Of a stretch of 64,000 nucleotides of DNA, positions 60,445 through 64,000 are shown piece by piece. The position numbers were made by a program, and so were the translations under genes. How positions within the stretch are numbered: the stretch's first letter is position 1; every line of letters begins with the position of its first letter. The DNA comes from Deltaproteobacteria bacterium (GTDB taxonomy: Bacteria > Myxococcota > Kuafuiibacteriia > Kuafuiibacteriales > Kuafuiibacteriaceae), in NCBI GenBank assembly GCA_040218735.1, contig JAVJQW010000043.1, positions 160,001 through 224,000 on the forward strand, in the 5' to 3' direction. The notes under the pieces were generated by a model. The model worked only from the letters and a program-made list of their open reading frames with translations. It ran no database searches and was not told the origin of the DNA.

Positions 60445-61483
60445 AGGTGTCCGAACCAAGACGTGTGTACTCATCATCACCGCGGGGGTGCTCGCTGCGT
60501 GTTCGAGCAACACTCGGCTCCAGCGGATGAACCGGGAGGCCCCGGCGCCGATGCCGCGTGCCGACGATCGCGTCGAGCTCGACGAGCAGATGAAACTCAC
60601 CATCGTCCGCTTCGGGAAGTGCACGGCGACTCACGTGGGCCGTGGTTATTTCCTCACGGCGGGCCACTGCGTCCGTGAGGCGCGTGGGTTCGAAGGCCGC
60701 GACAGCTCACCTTGCCCTCACGCGCTCGCGTGGGGTGACGGTGAAGGCGGGGCGTGTCGGGTGGAGCTCTACCGCTTCGACGACGACCACGACTACGCGC
60801 TGCTGAGGTTGGCGGATCCCGAGCTGGCGGAGGACCTCCCGTTGGCGCCGATCGACTACCAGTTCAGCTGGAAGAAGGCGCGTCGCCGCCCGCTGACCGT
60901 GGCGGGTTATTCGAAGGGCACGGCGCAAGTCGACGAGACGTGCAACGGCCGGGTCGCCACGGGGAATTTGGTCAAACACGACTGCACGACCGAACCCGGT
61001 GACAGCGGTAGCGCGCTCGTCGACAGGGCGACTCAGCACGTCATCGGAGTTCACGGCGGCGCGTTGAACAACGGCGAAAACTACGGCTCGCCGGTCGAGC
61101 TCATCCCGTGGGCGGAGAGTTTGTGTGTGGCCGAGACCGCATCCAAACCCATCCCGATCGTCGCAGGCGAACGCCCGGTCACCTTCAAGGTCTCGACGTC
61201 CCACAAGGGCGGTGCGTTCGGACAGATCGCGATGACGCTGTCGGGCACGATGCAGACGCGGCAGCTCGACATTCGCATCTTCCACCCGCTCGGTGAGCTC
61301 CAGGTCGACACCAGCACCGCGGTGGAGTGGAAGGGTAACGATTGGGTATGGAATGACATGTACTTGCTCGCCGGCGACGACGAGCGAGTCGAAGGACCCT
61401 GGTCTGTCGAGATTTCGAGCAGCGGCAAGGGTGGGAAGGGGACGAAGGGTTATGTGCAGGGTAGAGTTCTGGTCTGTCCTTAG
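60431..61483 (+). CDS. Trypsin-like (S1) serine protease lipoprotein with C-terminal beta-sandwich (P-domain-like)
   Basis: Lipobox LAAC; catalytic triad LTAGHC / DYALL / GDSGS; IGVHGG. Confidence 0.88.
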   Translation: MLVSRGVRTKTCVLIITAGVLAACSSNTRLQRMNREAPAPMPRADDRVELDEQMKLTIVRFGKCTATHVGRGYFLTAGHCVREARGFEGRDSSPCPHALAWGDGEGGACRVELYRFDDDHDYALLRLADPELAEDLPLAPIDYQFSWKKARRRPLTVAGYSKGTAQVDETCNGRVATGNLVKHDCTTEPGDSGSALVDRATQHVIGVHGGALNNGENYGSPVELIPWAESLCVAETASKPIPIVAGERPVTFKVSTSHKGGAFGQIAMTLSGTMQTRQLDIRIFHPLGELQVDTSTAVEWKGNDWVWNDMYLLAGDDERVEGPWSVEISSSGKGGKGTKGYVQGRVLVCP

Positions 61484-61937
61484 TTGTTTGGTGATGAGTT
61501 TGGCGCCGCTGAGCTGCGCGCAGCAGCAGCGCGCCACCGGTGGCGCGTCGGGCGGCGGAGAGGCGACGCCGATGTCCGCGAAGACGCCACAACCGGAGGA
61601 GCTGCCCTGTGGAGTCTGCAACGTCGCGATCAGCGGCCGGGTGACCGGCGCCTGGCAGGAGTCGGTGTGTATCTCGGACCCCGCGAACCCCGGTGATCCC
61701 GGATCGAACCCATCGGTCGCCTATCCGGTGCGGGAGCCACGCATCGAGGTCATCGAGGGTGAGCAGAGCGGGAAGCAGTTTGCGGTGGGCTGCTCGGTCG
61801 AGGAGTTCTCGGCGCCGGAGGTGTTCGAAGGTGAAGTCGAGGACGGCGGTAATCCCAAGGACTGGGTCACCGCGTATCTGTGGGTGACCGACGCAAACGG
61901 CAAGGACTGCTACTCACTCCTCAAATTGGACAAGTGA
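61452..61937 (+). CDS. Hypothetical Cys-containing lipoprotein
   Basis: Hydrophobic leader ending PLSC, Gly/Pro linker, several Cys. Start uncertain (61452 or 61494). Confidence 0.55.
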   Translation: MCRVEFWSVLSCLVMSLAPLSCAQQQRATGGASGGGEATPMSAKTPQPEELPCGVCNVAISGRVTGAWQESVCISDPANPGDPGSNPSVAYPVREPRIEVIEGEQSGKQFAVGCSVEEFSAPEVFEGEVEDGGNPKDWVTAYLWVTDANGKDCYSLLKLDK

Positions 61938-61938
61938 G

Positions 61939-64000
61939 TCATTCCCGAACCCAAACCCGAAACGCGCTCGCGTCCCAAGGTGTTTTGGCGTCCGCGAGTG
62001 AGACGCGTGCCGCACGCAGCGCACGTCCCCAGTCCTCTTGGGTCTCGAGGCTCTCGTAGAACGCGTCGACCCATCGACTCGTGTGCGCGTCGTCGACGGG
62101 GCGCACCGCAGCGACGACGACTTCCGCGCCCTCCACCAAGAACGCCTGCGCCATCGAAAACGCCGCCGTGTCGCGTGATCCGAGGTCACACGCCGCGAGG
62201 ACGACGTGTCGAGGGCCGCCGCCGAGGGAGAGCACATCGACCACTTCGAAGCGTCGCTCGCCGCCGAGCGGGAAGCCACCGTCGAGGCCGTCGAGGCCCA
62301 GCCGGAGCCCGTGGCCGGAGTAGTGAAGGAGCGCGGGCCGGCGCCGAAGCGCTGCGCTGAGTCGAGACACGGTGACTTCCGTCTTTAGGGTCTCGACGGC
62401 GAAACCTCGCGCTTCGAGTGACGCCGCGACGCGTTGCGCCTCCGCGGTTGCGGTCGGGAGCTCGCCGGTCGGGTCGGCGACGATCAGCGCAGTGTGCGTT
62501 GTTTGCTTCACGGGCGGCGGCGGGCCGAGGTCGGCGTGGAACACGATCACCGCGCGGCGGAAGAGCGGCGAGCCATCGATGTCGATCGTGTCCCAGGGGA
62601 GGGCGAGCAGGCCCGGGTGTGCGTAGATCCGGACACGCTCGGCTCCGACCAGCGCCTCACCCAAAGACACGAGACCCGCAGCCGTGCTCGCTGTGGCGAC
62701 GTAGGTGAGCCCGTCGTCCTTCTGCACCCAGGCGTGCATCCCGGTCCGACCCGGGTGGGCGAACACGAGCGCTTCGCCGGGCCGAACGCGAAGGGGAGCG
62801 AGGGGCGACGAGTCGGCGTGTTGGAAGAGCGCGTCGAGGGCGCGCCGGGCTTTCAGCACCTTCGCGGCCGTCGAGCGCTCCACCTCGGGGAGCGCGCTCG
62901 CCGGGAGCGTCCAGGCGCGCTCCAACGCGGCGTCGAGATCCGCGCGTGCGCGTCGGACTTCGACCTGCAGACGTTCGACGGCGTCATTCGTGCCGCCTTC
63001 GCGCCACGCGCTTCGCTGTCGAGCCCACGCGGCGTTACCGCGGATGATATCCCGCATCGCGGCGATCGCCGCCTCGCCGCGGCCGAGACGCGAGAGCGTT
63101 TCGACGAGCGCGATCGCGGAGTCCTCGCGCTTCGCCAACAGGGTGTCGCGGCCCTCCCCCAGCGGCACGCGCCGCGCCCACCCTTGCAAGGCGGCTTGCG
63201 CATCGCGGTACGCGGCGGCGGCGGCGCCGAGATCACCTCGCGCCTCCTCGGACTCACCGCGGCCGAGGTGAGCCTGCCATTCGATGTCCAACGCCTGAAG
63301 CTCCTGGGCGAGCCGCCCGAGCCGCGCATAGCTCTCCACACCACGCTCGGGGGAAGCCGTACGCGCCAACCACGCCGCGGTCAGGTGCTCGAGGTTGAGA
63401 CGGGACGTGACATCCGGTTGCGCGACCGCCGCCTGTGCGGCGTCGAGGTGCTCGCGAGCGCCGTCGCTGTTCCCCTCGAACAGCGCCGCCCACCCCGCGT
63501 TGAGCTCGGCGTTGAAGCGCCGATGCGGCATTGGACACTTCGTTCGGTAGAGCGTCGCGCTCTCGCGGAGCTCGTCGAGCTTCTTTCCGGCGAAGAGGTC
63601 GGGCGCCTGTTGGCGTCCCAGCAGCGTGTGCCAGCCCAGGTTGTTGAGCACCTGGGCGCGCTGACAGGCGGAGAGGGTGGCGTCCGCGAGGTGCAGACGA
63701 AGTCTCTCGAGCTCTTCGGCGAGCTCTCGCCATCGCCCCATCAGTCGAAGGAGGAAGATTTGGTACTGACGCAGGTCGATGACGCTTCGGCCGAGCCGAT
63801 CGTTCAGCGCGATCGCGGTGCGTACGTGGCGAAGCCCCGCGCGCGGGTCGCGCCAACGTACGGCGAGCGTGGTTGCGCCGTAGTGGTACCAGAGCGACGC
63901 CCAGGTATCGTCACGTGCGAGCACCTCCAGGTTGGCCAGCGCCGCTTTGGCGTCGCGCGGCGGGAAGCCCCGCTCGACGAGGAGGTGATTCAGCGCGCCG
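61939..64000 (-). CDS. TPR + CHAT (caspase-like) domain protein; 5' end outside window
   Basis: TPR-like AQVLNNLGW, WQAHLGRG; CHAT LPWD, VADPTGELP..E, dyad LHYSGHG and VVLAACD. Frame is open to the window edge. Confidence 0.9.
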   Translation of the reverse strand, partial: GALNHLLVERGFPPRDAKAALANLEVLARDDTWASLWYHYGATTLAVRWRDPRAGLRHVRTAIALNDRLGRSVIDLRQYQIFLLRLMGRWRELAEELERLRLHLADATLSACQRAQVLNNLGWHTLLGRQQAPDLFAGKKLDELRESATLYRTKCPMPHRRFNAELNAGWAALFEGNSDGAREHLDAAQAAVAQPDVTSRLNLEHLTAAWLARTASPERGVESYARLGRLAQELQALDIEWQAHLGRGESEEARGDLGAAAAAYRDAQAALQGWARRVPLGEGRDTLLAKREDSAIALVETLSRLGRGEAAIAAMRDIIRGNAAWARQRSAWREGGTNDAVERLQVEVRRARADLDAALERAWTLPASALPEVERSTAAKVLKARRALDALFQHADSSPLAPLRVRPGEALVFAHPGRTGMHAWVQKDDGLTYVATASTAAGLVSLGEALVGAERVRIYAHPGLLALPWDTIDIDGSPLFRRAVIVFHADLGPPPPVKQTTHTALIVADPTGELPTATAEAQRVAASLEARGFAVETLKTEVTVSRLSAALRRRPALLHYSGHGLRLGLDGLDGGFPLGGERRFEVVDVLSLGGGPRHVVLAACDLGSRDTAAFSMAQAFLVEGAEVVVAAVRPVDDAHTSRWVDAFYESLETQEDWGRALRAARVSLADAKTPWDASAFRVWVRE

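Noticed and set aside
59156-64000. Type III-E CRISPR Craspase locus
   Set aside because: No cas genes or repeat-spacer array in the window; sequence beyond 64000 is unseen.
1-64000. Prophage, integron, IS, tRNA or rRNA
   Set aside because: No integrase, transposase or phage structural motifs, and no RNA-gene signatures seen in the short intergenic gaps.

Overview
Very GC-rich, gene-dense bacterial chromosome segment with about 58 CDS. I found no rRNA, tRNA, CRISPR array, integrase or transposase. Four Hanks-type Ser/Thr kinases, an FHA-histidine kinase, a MYXO-CTERM protein, a DUF1592/DUF1552 pair, a lipoprotein serpin and an ECF/anti-sigma/CHAT group point to a myxobacterium-like (Myxococcota) host; this is an inference. 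Housekeeping genes sit outside their usual operons (hisA-hisF, a lone atpG, menB, mpl, lptFG, trxA, hspQ), interleaved with scattered surface-polysaccharide genes and accessory loci. Best candidates for a second look: an ABC-ATPase + TOPRIM-like gene pair with a low-GC internal segment (candidate defence or toxin-antitoxin system); a SpoIID-cyclohexadienyl-dehydratase-like fusion; a standalone pre-toxin-TG protein; an 887-aa orphan with internal repeats, a Gly-rich region and TPRs; an ECF/anti-sigma/trypsin/lipoprotein/CHAT locus; tandem membrane-protein paralogues with near-identical 5' ends; a Ku-less LigC + primase-polymerase pair; and several near-leaderless sigma54 and sigma70 promoters. 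All calls come from motif recognition by eye; no database search was run. Many start codons were re-picked inside longer ORF-track calls.
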